This document shows, piece after piece, positions 52,899-64,000 of a stretch of DNA of 64,000 nucleotides. A program made the position numbers and the translations under genes. Below the pieces are notes generated by a model that did no database searches, was not told where the DNA came from, and saw only the letters and a list, made by a program, of their open reading frames with translations. Origin of the DNA: Yuukianura sp. NJ FZ-2021 (lineage: Eukaryota); the NCBI GenBank assembly GCA_046563655.1, contig CM102289.1, forward strand, positions 7,626,001 through 7,690,000. Reading direction: 5' to 3'. Numbering within the stretch: the stretch's first letter is position 1; every line of letters begins with the position of its first letter.

Positions 52899-54189
52899 TT
52901 ATCCCAGCAGAACTTTGCGCATTCTGTTATCTTCACATTCAGAATCCGAAGATGTTTCGTATGCCGGGGAATGATGATCTGAACATTTCGGTGAGCAGAG
53001 ATATTGCAGAAGAGGAACTCGATACTTGCCACAAAAGTCCACAAATTTGATATGCTCCACACAAGTGTCGAAGTAGACACCTAAATAAAAATTAAGAGGT
53101 TAGTATAAACTGAATAACATTTTAAAGTTCCCGGGCAATTTAAAAATGTGGTCATTCACCTTTGCATTTTGGATTGACACATTGATGAGCACAGCCCAAG
53201 TAGTCGTTCAAGTCTTTCGGTAGATCTTCAGCCTTGTACTGCACTTTTTTAGTCTTAATCATGCGTCCCGCCAATTCCATCAAAGATGGAGGGTTGTACA
53301 CCAGGTCACGGACGAATCGTACTACAAGTGGATTGTCACGCAGACTCAGCTAAAAACAAAAAAAAACCAAACGTGAATTCAAAACCGTTACAAATGAAAG
53401 CTAAATTCAAAATTTTAGAAAATTTCCCACCTCCATCAAATTTCGAAGTTTGATCAGCTCAACAGGAAGTGCTGTGATACGATTCCTGTGAAGTAGAAGT
53501 GACTTGAGCTGCTTCAAATTTGAAACGCTTGATGGTAAAGTCTCCAGAAGATTTTCACACAGTACGAATACTTTTAATTCCGTAAGTAATCCAATTTCCA
53601 ATGGTATTTCCGTCAACTGATTTCCGCCAATGAAAAATACTTGCAGTTTTTTCAGTTTTCCAATTTCTTTAGGAAGACTCGAAATCCGATTTCCGCCAAG
53701 ATGAAGCGAGATGAGAGACGGAGCCAATTGAATAATTGCTTCTGGTAGTCGTGTGAGGAAGTTTCCACTTAGATTGATTTCCTTCAAGTGTCTTAAGGGT
53801 GTCAAGTCCTTCGGTAAGCCCGAATCTTCCAGAAGATTGTTTTGGAGAAACATGGTACTCAGAGAGCGACATTCCGTAATTGAATCTGGTACACTCGTTA
53901 ATTGATTTGAACTCAAATCCAAACTTTTGAGATTCGAGTACAGGGCAAGTATAGAAGGAAACTGAATAAGAGAAATGTTGATTCCGAGTATAGTTGTAAC
54001 GGATTCCAAAATTTTTGAAGGTTGATTGGCCAGGGCTTCTTCAAATTCTGTATTTTCAAATGGAGTGTAGGAGTAGTCCAGAACCAAAGACGTACCGGAG
54101 TAACCAGATTCGGTTTCGGTTTTTTCGGGTTCTTCTGAACCGGTATCGCTCCGACCTTGCTCGGATTTGTATAAAAGTGATTCGGCCAT
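52899..54189 (-). CDS. LRRC58: Leucine-rich repeat protein 58
   Basis: 3 exons. Tandem LRRs, then LSLRDNPLVVRFVRDLVYNPPSLMELAGR, CVNPKCKGVYFD, HIKFVDFCGKYRVPLLQYLCSPKC, MRKVLLG*. Confidence 0.92.
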
Positions 54190-54748
54190 GTTGAATTAAA
54201 GTTCGTCACTGAAAAAAGTGAACGTTGGGAGCCAAATTTGAACTTTTGGTGTCGAGGTTCTTCTGGAAGAGGATGGAAGTGGACTGCTCGTACTTTTTGT
54301 GTGTGTCTCTTTTGTGTTGTGTATATCTGTATCTATTTAAAAACAGAAAGGGATATCTTGTTAGTATGAAAAAGTAGTACCGGAATGGGGCTTAAAGTGT
54401 TTTAAGTGGCAGTGTCAAAGCTGTCTCATCTTTTAAGCTTTGGGCATACTTTGAACTCTGCGTTATAAGTTTAGGACAGTATCAGTATGACTTTGGACAG
54501 TCTAAGTTATGGAACTAACGTAAGTTATGGTATGTTTCATTCTTTACTCAAGAGTCAATTCACCCGTAACTCACTAAAAGTTAGACTTACGTTACGTAAA
54601 GGTCAAACATGCACAATACATCCTTGGAACTGATGCTTCTCTTGATTTGGAGGAACGTAGAATGTACACGAGAGTTCAGAAGTCGACAGAATAATCTGCT
54701 TAATATTGCATCACTGTTTGTATTCAACTTAATATGTACTTAACTTAC

Positions 54749-55985
54749 CACAATTAACGCCTTCTATCATGCACTGAGAGAGTGAGACTGATCTAATCGT
54801 AAGCTACCAGTTGACAATATTTATGGAATTTGGAATGATGTCAAGGCACAAGATAGAACAACAATGCACGTGATGTGGAATTGGCTGACTAAATTGACAA
54901 ATTTTCGAAAAATTTATAAAGTACAAAGTGCTCAATACACAAAAAAAACAACATGAAAACATAGTTTATCAAACTGAACTAATCTTCAGTCCCCAGCGAT
55001 TGTAACTATCAGTCAGTAAACTTTAGTTAAGTTGAGATACTAAATTTTCCGAAGATTGAAAAGGTTAGATTCATAATTTGGAGGTCATATGTACACTCAT
55101 AGTATGCCTCAAGGTCACAAATCTTGAGTGTCCGACAAGCTAATGTTGTGAATTTTGACTACAAATGCTACCTAAATTTTCAAGAAAGTTGAAAATTTTT
55201 GACGTTTGAGGTGTGTGCTGGTTTAATTATTAGTTTAATACGTTAAACATACCATTGCATCCCATTTACAAAACACGTGATCAAAAATGAAATTTCAGTT
55301 TCAAAATCACGCGTTGAAATTGGGGTCAAATTTCAGTAAATTAAATCTCTACCACTATAGTTGCAATGAATTTTGTGAATTAATTACACCCAAGACTAGA
55401 ATAGCGAAAACTGAACTTCACCGATTAACACAAAATTTGAAAAAAAAAGTTCAACCATAATTTAAAACTTGCAACCAACATTACTTCGTTCATTGTTGTC
55501 TTCCAGTCATTGAAATTGCGCAGTATTTATTTAGTTTCGAAACAGGATACAATTTTTCCAAAATTTTCCATAATGGTGACCTCAATTTCATAAAATCAGT
55601 TTAAACTGAATTCATCAAGCACCGAATCCAGCCCAATCTAGTTTGTATTTACAATTTATTTTCTTCCGTATTAGCATTTGAGCATGTAGAAGTTCCAGAT
55701 TCTAAGGCGTCGTTGTTTTCTGCCTTCTTCGTATTGCATGTAAACCAACATTCGAAATTAGAGAAGCTTTTGCATGTGTGATCTATGTGGATTCCTGCTG
55801 CCTCTGCAGAAGTGATTAGCGCTTTAATCACGTTCCGCGGCAAAACTCAAAAGCGCTGAAACTGGAGAGAAAGCAAAGGGAAAGTGGAATTATGGTCCAA
55901 ATTGTGTGAACTAAGGACCAAAAACTTACCAAACTTTGGCACGTCCACAGTCTATGCACAAGGTAGCAAGCGACGGTAGAACTGA
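54749..55985 (-). promoter_or_regulatory. Two putative alternative TSS/first exons of LRRC58
   Basis: Inr-like TCAGTT at 55985 followed by a GTAAG donor at about 55929; Inr-like TCAGTC at 54791 followed by a GTAAGT donor at 54748. Confidence 0.5.
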
Positions 55986-58900
55986 CATTTGGAAGTTGGT
56001 TGTATCATCATTACTTGGTTAGACGCTAATGAGCTAAACGTGACTAGGCATTAGGTTGTCCTCATCAAGAATGAAGAACCCGGCAGAAAAAAATAAGCGG
56101 GTAACTTTCCCTTCCTAGGATTCGCACCAGCAACGGAGAATCAAAAAACGGGAAACTGTGACCCCTAACTCAAAATTTCAGAAAACCCGGGTAGCCTGAG
56201 CCCATTTATTCCCCGAATTCTACCAAACCCGTCAGACCCCACAAAACTTTGTGTAAAAAAGAAGCTTAGCGAAGTGTAACCAGAATAATGGGAAAGTAAC
56301 ATTTATTTGAACAAGGATTGTATCAAAGTAACCAAAATTTTAAATTTTACCGCTCCTTGTCACAATCGACTACATACATGGTACATATGGTACGCATCGA
56401 ACTGCACTACAAGTAGCAACGTTTCAAATTTTTGTATTCAATTTATGTAACAAAATTGAACAATGCTTTGTTCAAATCATGTCGAAATCTTGAATTTTCG
56501 TTTTTGAATTGTTGGATTTTATTGTTGTGCCACTCTAGAAAATGAAGATGAAAGATGAAGAAAGTGTAAAGAAGAGGTGTTGAATTCAGGAAGTTTTTGA
56601 AGATGTCTTTTGAGAATCCGTGTTACTTTGGACTCCCATTGTCCACCGAATCGTGTTGTTCTCATTCCGGATTTCAAAAGGATAATAATAGGAAACATAA
56701 TTTCCCGGCCCCTTATGTCAACACAACATTTTGAGTTGCCATTGTATCGTACAATTACGCTGTCAAGCAGCACCGAGCAATTTGTTACGACCGTCTTTCA
56801 AAAAGTCTTCAAGGAGTTGGACTTTCTTTTGTTGTTTCCTTAAAACTTATCAAATTATCAACTACACCAGTGACATATTATCCTATCATCAAAATATGCT
56901 CTCAACAGTTGCAGGAAAAGCATTCTTCAACATATGCTACAACATTGTTTAAAATACTTTAGTGTAGGTGTAGTACAAAACCTAAAGTAAATACAACAGT
57001 TTTCAGCATCTCAAGAACATTCCACGTTCCAGAAAAAAACAGAGTAAAATTTCAAAAATCAATCAACATCTTGTGTATTTTCTTCAATTTTAATTTAAAA
57101 ACACGAAAAGTAGGGTCAATAAAATTACGTTTTTCTAAGCTGGTGTTTAAAAGGAAAAATAACTTAAATTAAATTTTTCTCCAGGCGATACGTATAAGTT
57201 AGTGTATTAAAGTCCGGTTTAGTTAAGCTATTGAACTGTCAAGGTCACAAAAATGTTGTTTTAGGCTTACCAATGTTACTTGGAAAATTTTTACTGAAAA
57301 TGTCGTAAGTACACGTACTTCGACTTATTTTTTGCTTCCCGTTTAAGTTTGGGATTTTTGAATTGTAAATTTTTCGTGGATCTCTTGGAATATCTTACTG
57401 TCTGTTTGAATTAAGTTCACGGATACTGGAAAGACAGTGCTGGTTAGCAGTTAGTGGTGGGGAAGCGGGGTTGACTGATCGTTAGGGCTAAAGTTATGTC
57501 TTGGTTAAGACTGTTTCTTCTTAGGGGGATGAAATATTAGAGGCAGAAGTTAGGGTGACTTTGGAGGGGAAAGAGAAAGTGAGTGGAATTTGTGAAATTC
57601 AGTTTTCACCCAACAGCCTCACACCCTTTAAGTCATTAATGAAGTTGTATTCTTTCATTCACTTTCCAAGAACAAAGGGAAACTGACTTCTAATGTCCCA
57701 GGAAACACATTTCACGGATTTCAATAAAGAAATTTAGGAATGAACGAAGTTTGAATCGTGCTAAATTATTCTGCCAAGTCCCCGAGTCATTCCCTACAAT
57801 TCATTAACTTCTAAACTCGAATCATTAATCTTCACGTTCACTAATTCAATTGCCACTGGTTGGAAGTTTGTACAAATTATGGAAATTATGGTAAACTCTC
57901 AGCAGTTTACTCACGGATAATTTAATTTCATGTTTTCAGGATGAGTACTCATTCATTAATCATCAAATGAAGAAAGTGTGAAATTTCCATTAAAGAAGCA
58001 AAATAAATTTCATTTAAAAGAAATCAGAGATGTGAAACGGAAAGCATATCAAGCCCAACACCAAAATTTTTCGAGCAAATAAACTTCCTAGTAAAAGTGT
58101 TTGTATGTTTTTGCAAAATTTCCAAATTCATTACTTTAAAATAAATTTTGAGGAAGATTTTCAACATACTACCACTGGGCATTTTTTGTAAACTTGCCGA
58201 CTTGTATTTTGAAATGAGTTTGAAATCGATTTTTAAATGAGTTCTTGAAAAAGAGATGAGAGAGATTTTGGAATTCGGAATTCGGAGTTACCCGGTTTAG
58301 TGACATTGACCACCAGTAATTAAATATTTGACTTCCGTACTATAGTGAGTTACGCGGGAGAGAATCGGAGTTTTATTTCAAATTAATGCGCCGGCACAGA
58401 ATTAGAGACAATGAACATTCCATTCCTCCCCAAAATGCCATTCCAACTTATTGAGCTCATCAATTTCACGGCTTAGGGGACATCTTTCAAGCGACATTGT
58501 TCTCTCCAAATTAAGTATTTAACATAACTACTATTAGTCAGGAAGTTCTGTGTTATTACTGTATATTAAATATAATGTTGCATATGGTAGTACGTATAAT
58601 TTTTAAGATAAGATCGACATTGCTTAAGTGTTCGTATTCAAGATTGCATTTAACACCTACAACAAATTTACAACCGAGAAATTATGACCACATTTGGGCG
58701 TTTGAGTTTTCTTAGGAGAAATTTTGGAATTACGTTTAAGGAAATTTATGAAATTGGCGTTGGGTTTTACGACTTTGAAAGAAGTTTTGCCAAAAGTTGC
58801 GCTCCGTGAGTTGTGCTTGTTAGGATCCTAAATAAGTCATTTGAATGTGAAAGTAGAGTTTGTATTGTTTGATTTTTGAAGGATTTGGAGCAATGGAGGT

Positions 58901-61675
58901 TCGGTTGAATCCTCCCTCCGTTACAAAATAGGCGGAGCAGACCCACCTTCGGGCGTTGGAAGAGGCGTTTCCAGCTCAGTGAAGATTGGATTTCCGTTCT
59001 GAAATTCGGTTCCAAGGCTTGAACAGGGGAAATGTACATTACAGACTCCCGTGTGGTTCTATCCAACGATGTGCTGAAGTTGGCTACACGGTGGTTGTAA
59101 AGTTTGTGAAATGGAAAGGGGTTTGAGGCTTTCCTTTTGAAGTTAAAGGGAAAGTGAATGGGGGGATTAGAGGGCTTTAATCCATTTGCTACTTTCAAAT
59201 CTTGGATCAAGTTCTGCATGGGGAAATGCTCAGTGGACGTAAACCCACAAACACGCTTGTTAACATCATCGGATTAAGCTCATAAACTTACTTTCTCCAC
59301 CGATTACTTTTCATAAAATTTAACTCACAGGTATTTAGCGACATTGTAGTTATGGAAATTGACGCCAAATTGTCTCAGTAGTTACATTATAATCCGGTTC
59401 ACGTAATTTTCGAGTACCATCAACATAGACGTGTTTTAATAAAATTGGTATACTAGTTTAGTATTGGGTGTTTACCTAATGTTGTACAATGTAAGTTTTA
59501 ATGTGTACAGTCGTTACGTTCACAAAGTACGCATACCAGGAAAGGGGTAAAGAAGAGGGGTGTAAACAGATCTCAAATTTGTTGTGACAACAAATACCAG
59601 TAGCAAGTTGGGGCGCTATAAAATTTTTGAATTGCTGTATAGCCTAAATGTTTATATTGTAGTATAGTATACGTATACGCACGCACGTACCGTATATAAC
59701 GGAATATTTAAACGGTTTAAATACAGTTGAAAATGTGCTTCTAACGAAGAAATGCGTATCCAATTATGTAATGTAGTTATGTACGTAGTAATGAAGTATC
59801 TGCTTTTAACGAAATTTATGACATGAAATCTAAGTTATTACTATTCTGTTTTTGACGTAAAATTTCTTAAAAAGATACTTGTCTTTCGTATTGCGTGCAA
59901 GACATTGGGTTATTTTGGGAAGGTAAATTTTTCTCTTAGGTCAGGAATTCTGACACTCTCTGTTGAGCTGTTGGAAATGTTTACGTAGATGATTGAGCAC
60001 AATTTGAGGTCATGTTCAGTTTCCACCTGTGGACTTGTGCTAGGTCATGGAATTGCAGTAAAGTATAGGGTATTGTTACGGAGGAGGCTGAGGTAAGGCA
60101 TTATTCCAAGAAGGCCTCATTAAGTTAAACAATTGATAAATTAAAGTTGTAGAAAGTCTTTTGAGAACTGCGGAAAAGGAGAGGAAATGGTGGAAATGGT
60201 TGTAGAAAGTATTGAGTTACTAAAATTGAATAATAGAATTTGAAGGGAAAAGAAAGGCTGTTGGAAGTCTTTTCGGAGTAGTGTAGACTGGCATTCTGCA
60301 GGGAGACAAATAATATAATTAAGTTGTCCAAAGGAGGGGAACAAGAAAAGAATGGAGAGATTCTTTTTCCAAGGAACTTCAGTCGTCTATTATGTGATTT
60401 TCAATTATATTTCCCCTCACTTCCCTCTCTACCACTACCCGAACTTACCCGCTCCCGCATATCCCTCTCCCGTTCCTTATTCAATTTAGATTTATTATAA
60501 AACCAAAACCTTTTCTTTACTACTCAACTATATCCACAGCTCTCCAACCATCAACATTCACTCGGGTTATAAGAACCGCCAATATCCGTCTGTCAAAATT
60601 TTTTTGCAATAGAAATCATCAAATGTTATCATCTGAGTAAAACATTTGCCCAAATTTTCTGTGTTAGCTTTTGTACCTAGATGTAAGTTATCATGAACTA
60701 AGTAGAAGAAATGCTCAAACTCCCGCTAAAAATTTACCGCATACTATTTGTATTCGATACTATACATGATATAATGAAAATGTAAGCAAAGAGTTATCAA
60801 ACTTTTTGCTCAAATTTCTCATTTTGACTTTTTCTTGGTATTCTAAGCATTTATACAGTAAAGCATTAGCACAGCACAGCAAAAATTGCCAAAAATTTAC
60901 ACCGAAGGAATTTTTTTGTTTCTAACATTCTTACCTGAGAATGCAGTTTTAGTTACTTTACATCGCTGTTAATGATAAATGTATAAAATAATTATAAAGT
61001 TAAATTCTGTTTTAGGGCAATGTTGAGCATACGGCTAAAGTAAAATTTAAAAAAACGCGGTTTTTACTTTCGTTTTTGCCGTGTTCCTTTCAACTTATCC
61101 CACAAAATATTGTTATGTAATTGAAAAGGGACGATTGTTGGGTAGCAGTAATTTGTACGTGCCCTTACCGCTAACGGTCCGTCCGTCCGTCGGTGTGATG
61201 TCGTTTAATGTACTAATCTAATAGAGAAAAGAAGAAGAGGGGGAGGGGTCGGGAAATTAAATGACGGAAACGCTAAATCATTACGTTAACGACGTAACAG
61301 CACCAGCTACACCCTCACATGTCATCCACTCCAACTGAATTAAAAGTTTAATCAATTATTCTTCCCAGAAAATACAAATAACGATTCTTGATTTTTGATT
61401 TTCCTAATGCAATTCATAACTCGAATTAAATTTGAGAGAAAACTCTTTGTTTTTGGTCAGTTTCGTTCTTACCCCAAATATGGAACTTTTCTTTTATTTT
61501 CTTTGTGGACTAAAGTAGAAGACATCGTGTTTCCGTTTATTTCTGTACATTAATTACAGTACAAATGAAGTTGTTTAGAAAAGAGTTCACTAAAATTTAA
61601 ACATACGCTCCACCGGTTCATTTGGAACGACGAAAATGTTCTCTTTACTGAAAAAGTTCGTTGCTTGTGAAAGTT

Positions 61676-63322
61676 TTAAATTTCTCCGCCGTGTTTATCG
61701 TATAACATTAAATATTCATTTGCTTTAGCACGGAGATTAGCAATGGATTCGTTCCTTCGGATTTCAATGGAATGGTGGTGGGCGGGTGGGGCCTCGACTG
61801 AATTGTCTGCTTTGTCTCCGCAATTAGATGATGATGAAGACGTTTCTTTGAGAGCATCAGCAGCTTCCTGAGACTTCTTGTGCATCCCTGCAAGGTCAAT
61901 GCCATTTACACCTAGTTAATCCATTTTCATTCGTTCACAGTTTGAAAAAAAGCGGAAACCTCAAACTCATTCAAACTTATGTAGCGGGAACGGAAGATTC
62001 TAGTTTCTGTGCAAAATTTGGGTGTGAAAATTTTTGTTAAAGATTTGCTGTTTCTTAGTAACTCGAGAACTGGATTGTGGGGCAAAAAATTTTTGTCAGT
62101 GGTAAAATTTTCTATTTTCCTCAAAAAATTTTTTCGTCGGCAGAGCAAAGTAGAAATGTTAATGTTAAGTTGGTAGTAAACGTTATGTAAATTTTTAAAT
62201 CAGAAAAATGTATATAAAAACTGATGTAAAAATTTTGAGAAGTTGTTACCTAGCAACCAGGGAGCCACGGATTCGTCTGTTTCGGTTGACTTGAGAATAG
62301 TTTCAGGTAGCGGTAAGGAATGTCTGACCATTGCCCCGTAGAGACCATACTCAGCCATTATTGTGGAACGACCCCAACACTTCTCCGTTTTGCGCCATTT
62401 GGCACGCCGATTTTGAAACCAAACCTGGAAGTAGATTTCGGAATAACTATTTACTTAAGTGGCCCGACGTGGCGCTGTGACCTTTGACCTCCATCTCTAA
62501 TTTCCTATTGTTACTTTGATTTTTTGGCTACAGTACCTGGATCCTGTCTTCCGGTAAGTCTGTTTTCAAACTAAGCATTTCCCTGGCATAGACGTCTGGA
62601 TAATGTGCTTCCTTGAAGGACTTTTCCAGTTCGTCCAATTGGTAGGAAGTGAAGATTGTCCTGTGTCGTCTTTTCTTTTTCTTCTTCTTACTCGTATGCT
62701 CTCCCTGATAATTCGGCGGTGGCTGATTGTTGTAATTGAACCCTAATTAAAAAAAAATTCAAGAATAACATTGTGGCTTAAAATCTCCTTCGGTGAAAGC
62801 ATAGGAAGATAAGCTAGACCGGCGACGCTTCTGAACAGGCAAAAAGTTTTTAGACTGAAAGTTATCAATTTTTTTTCCATTACATTTTCACTTGTACGTT
62901 CATTACAAAATTTCATTTCAAAAAAATTGACTTTAATTTAAAAAGATGTCCTGGTGCCAGACTGTAGTACAATCGTAACTACAACTTTAAAAAATGTTTT
63001 TTTCTTTAAAACTCACAATACAAAAGGAATTGGAAAAATCATCTCTATTTTTTCTATTAGTCTTTTGTCTAACCTTGCCCAACGATTATGCAATTCACAC
63101 AAACTAAAGTTATCTGAATTAGTTCCAAGTTTTACTCAACTCAAAAATCTTACGTTTCAAAAATTTAACCAATTTAATTGCTGGATTAAAATCAGATTGA
63201 CAGTTACCTATGTTATAGTATCCTTTCGTTGAATTCGTTGGCGAGTCATTAAGTCCTAGTAGTTCCTGTATTGCAAATGGAGTCCGTTGTATATAATTCG
63301 TTGCTTCCATTGGTTTGTACAT
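61676..63322 (-). CDS. Vsx: Visual system homeobox (Vsx/Chx10 family), 235 aa
   Basis: Exons 63322-63208, 62742-62537, 62424-62250, 61887-61676. Octapeptide FAIQELLGL; homeodomain [32 protein letters not shown] domain [44 protein letters not shown]. Confidence 0.95.
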
Positions 63323-64000
63323 TGAACTCCGCTTCACCTCATAACACAACTTATACAAAAACACTAACTACACTTTTACTTAAAATTATCCATTTCGCAC
63401 TAAATGATCTGAACGCAATCAAATATTTCTTCCAACTCTTTCTTTAGAACTCTAACTTTAGCAGTGTTGAAGCTGTGTCAAAAGCACTGAAAGTTAGTAA
63501 TTGCCCCAAGAGTTGTGCAGGTAATTGTGTTGAAATCTGTAGTAAGAGTCTTCCGTCGGTTTGATCCGACTAGTTGAGCCTCTAAAACCTAATTGAGCTA
63601 GTTGTGTTTCTGGTGGTGGCCTGGATAGGATCCCTATAAGTCCTCTTGTGCAGTAGCCTCCTGGTCCCACGGTAGCAAGTTCTTGGGTTCCAAGTGGCGG
63701 GTAGGCATGGCGTTCCCGCATTCTCCGGCTCCCTCATTCTGATTTCGGTAAGATGAAGTGGATGGTTGAAGTGGGCCTTAATGGTTTCCTAGAATTGAGT
63801 CAAGGGAGGGCTTAGCCACCCAAGCCGAAGGAAGGGAGGCGGGTATCCTGGGCGGGAATGAAGGACGTAAGGGCGGGACTTTGAATTTTCCTGTAGAACA
63901 AGCTTGAGGCTTGAGTATCCCGGGGAATAGAACCCGGAAGAATTGAACGGAGGTTGGGGACCATGATTAAGTTTTGATGGTAATGATAAGTGTTGCGTAC

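Noticed and set aside
11495..54189. A cysteine/CoA-themed neighbourhood (COASY, amino-acid transporters, cupins, LRRC58)
   Set aside because: The genes are separated by unrelated loci and the cupins are not cysteine-dioxygenase-type; the theme is likely coincidental.
55649..55843. 64-aa ORF in the ORF track
   Set aside because: TTG start; better explained as an LRRC58 leader exon.
63494..64000. 75-aa ORF and GC-richer sequence at the window end
   Set aside because: No recognisable domain. It may be the 3' end of a gene outside the window, but I cannot establish that.
1..64000. tRNA, rRNA or snRNA genes; prokaryotic operons
   Set aside because: None recognised by eye; a covariance-model scan would be needed to exclude small RNAs.

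Overview
Gene-dense, AT-rich eukaryotic DNA with short GT-AG introns. It is most consistent with a small-genome arthropod (inferred from the oaf, Vsx, EndoA, nAChR and NAT/SLC6 sequences and the DRE and TCAGT Inr motifs); the species cannot be determined. By manual splicing I reconstructed about 20 genes. In order: 3' end of an L2/CR1-like LINE; a secreted CAP/SCP gene nested antisense to a nicotinic acetylcholine receptor alpha subunit; a GPI-type DOMON protein; an orphan G-alpha-q pseudo-exon; CoA synthase; ADP/ATP carrier; DnaJ/X-domain chaperone; out-at-first; four transporters (SLC18B1-like, SLC7, two SLC6/NAT); four tandem cupins; endophilin A; a COMP-like thrombospondin that stops after about 10 EGF repeats; COX10; GNB1L-like WD40; LRRC58; Vsx. 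The most interesting signals are intron-containing genes that look non-metazoan: a bacterial-type cupin array and a head-to-head pair of an amoebozoan-like ADP/ATP carrier and a fungal-type Djp1-like chaperone. Others are a perfect DR1 13-mer recurring in short introns of four unrelated genes, and uORF-rich LRRC58 leaders. All homology calls are from motif recognition and memory, not database searches.
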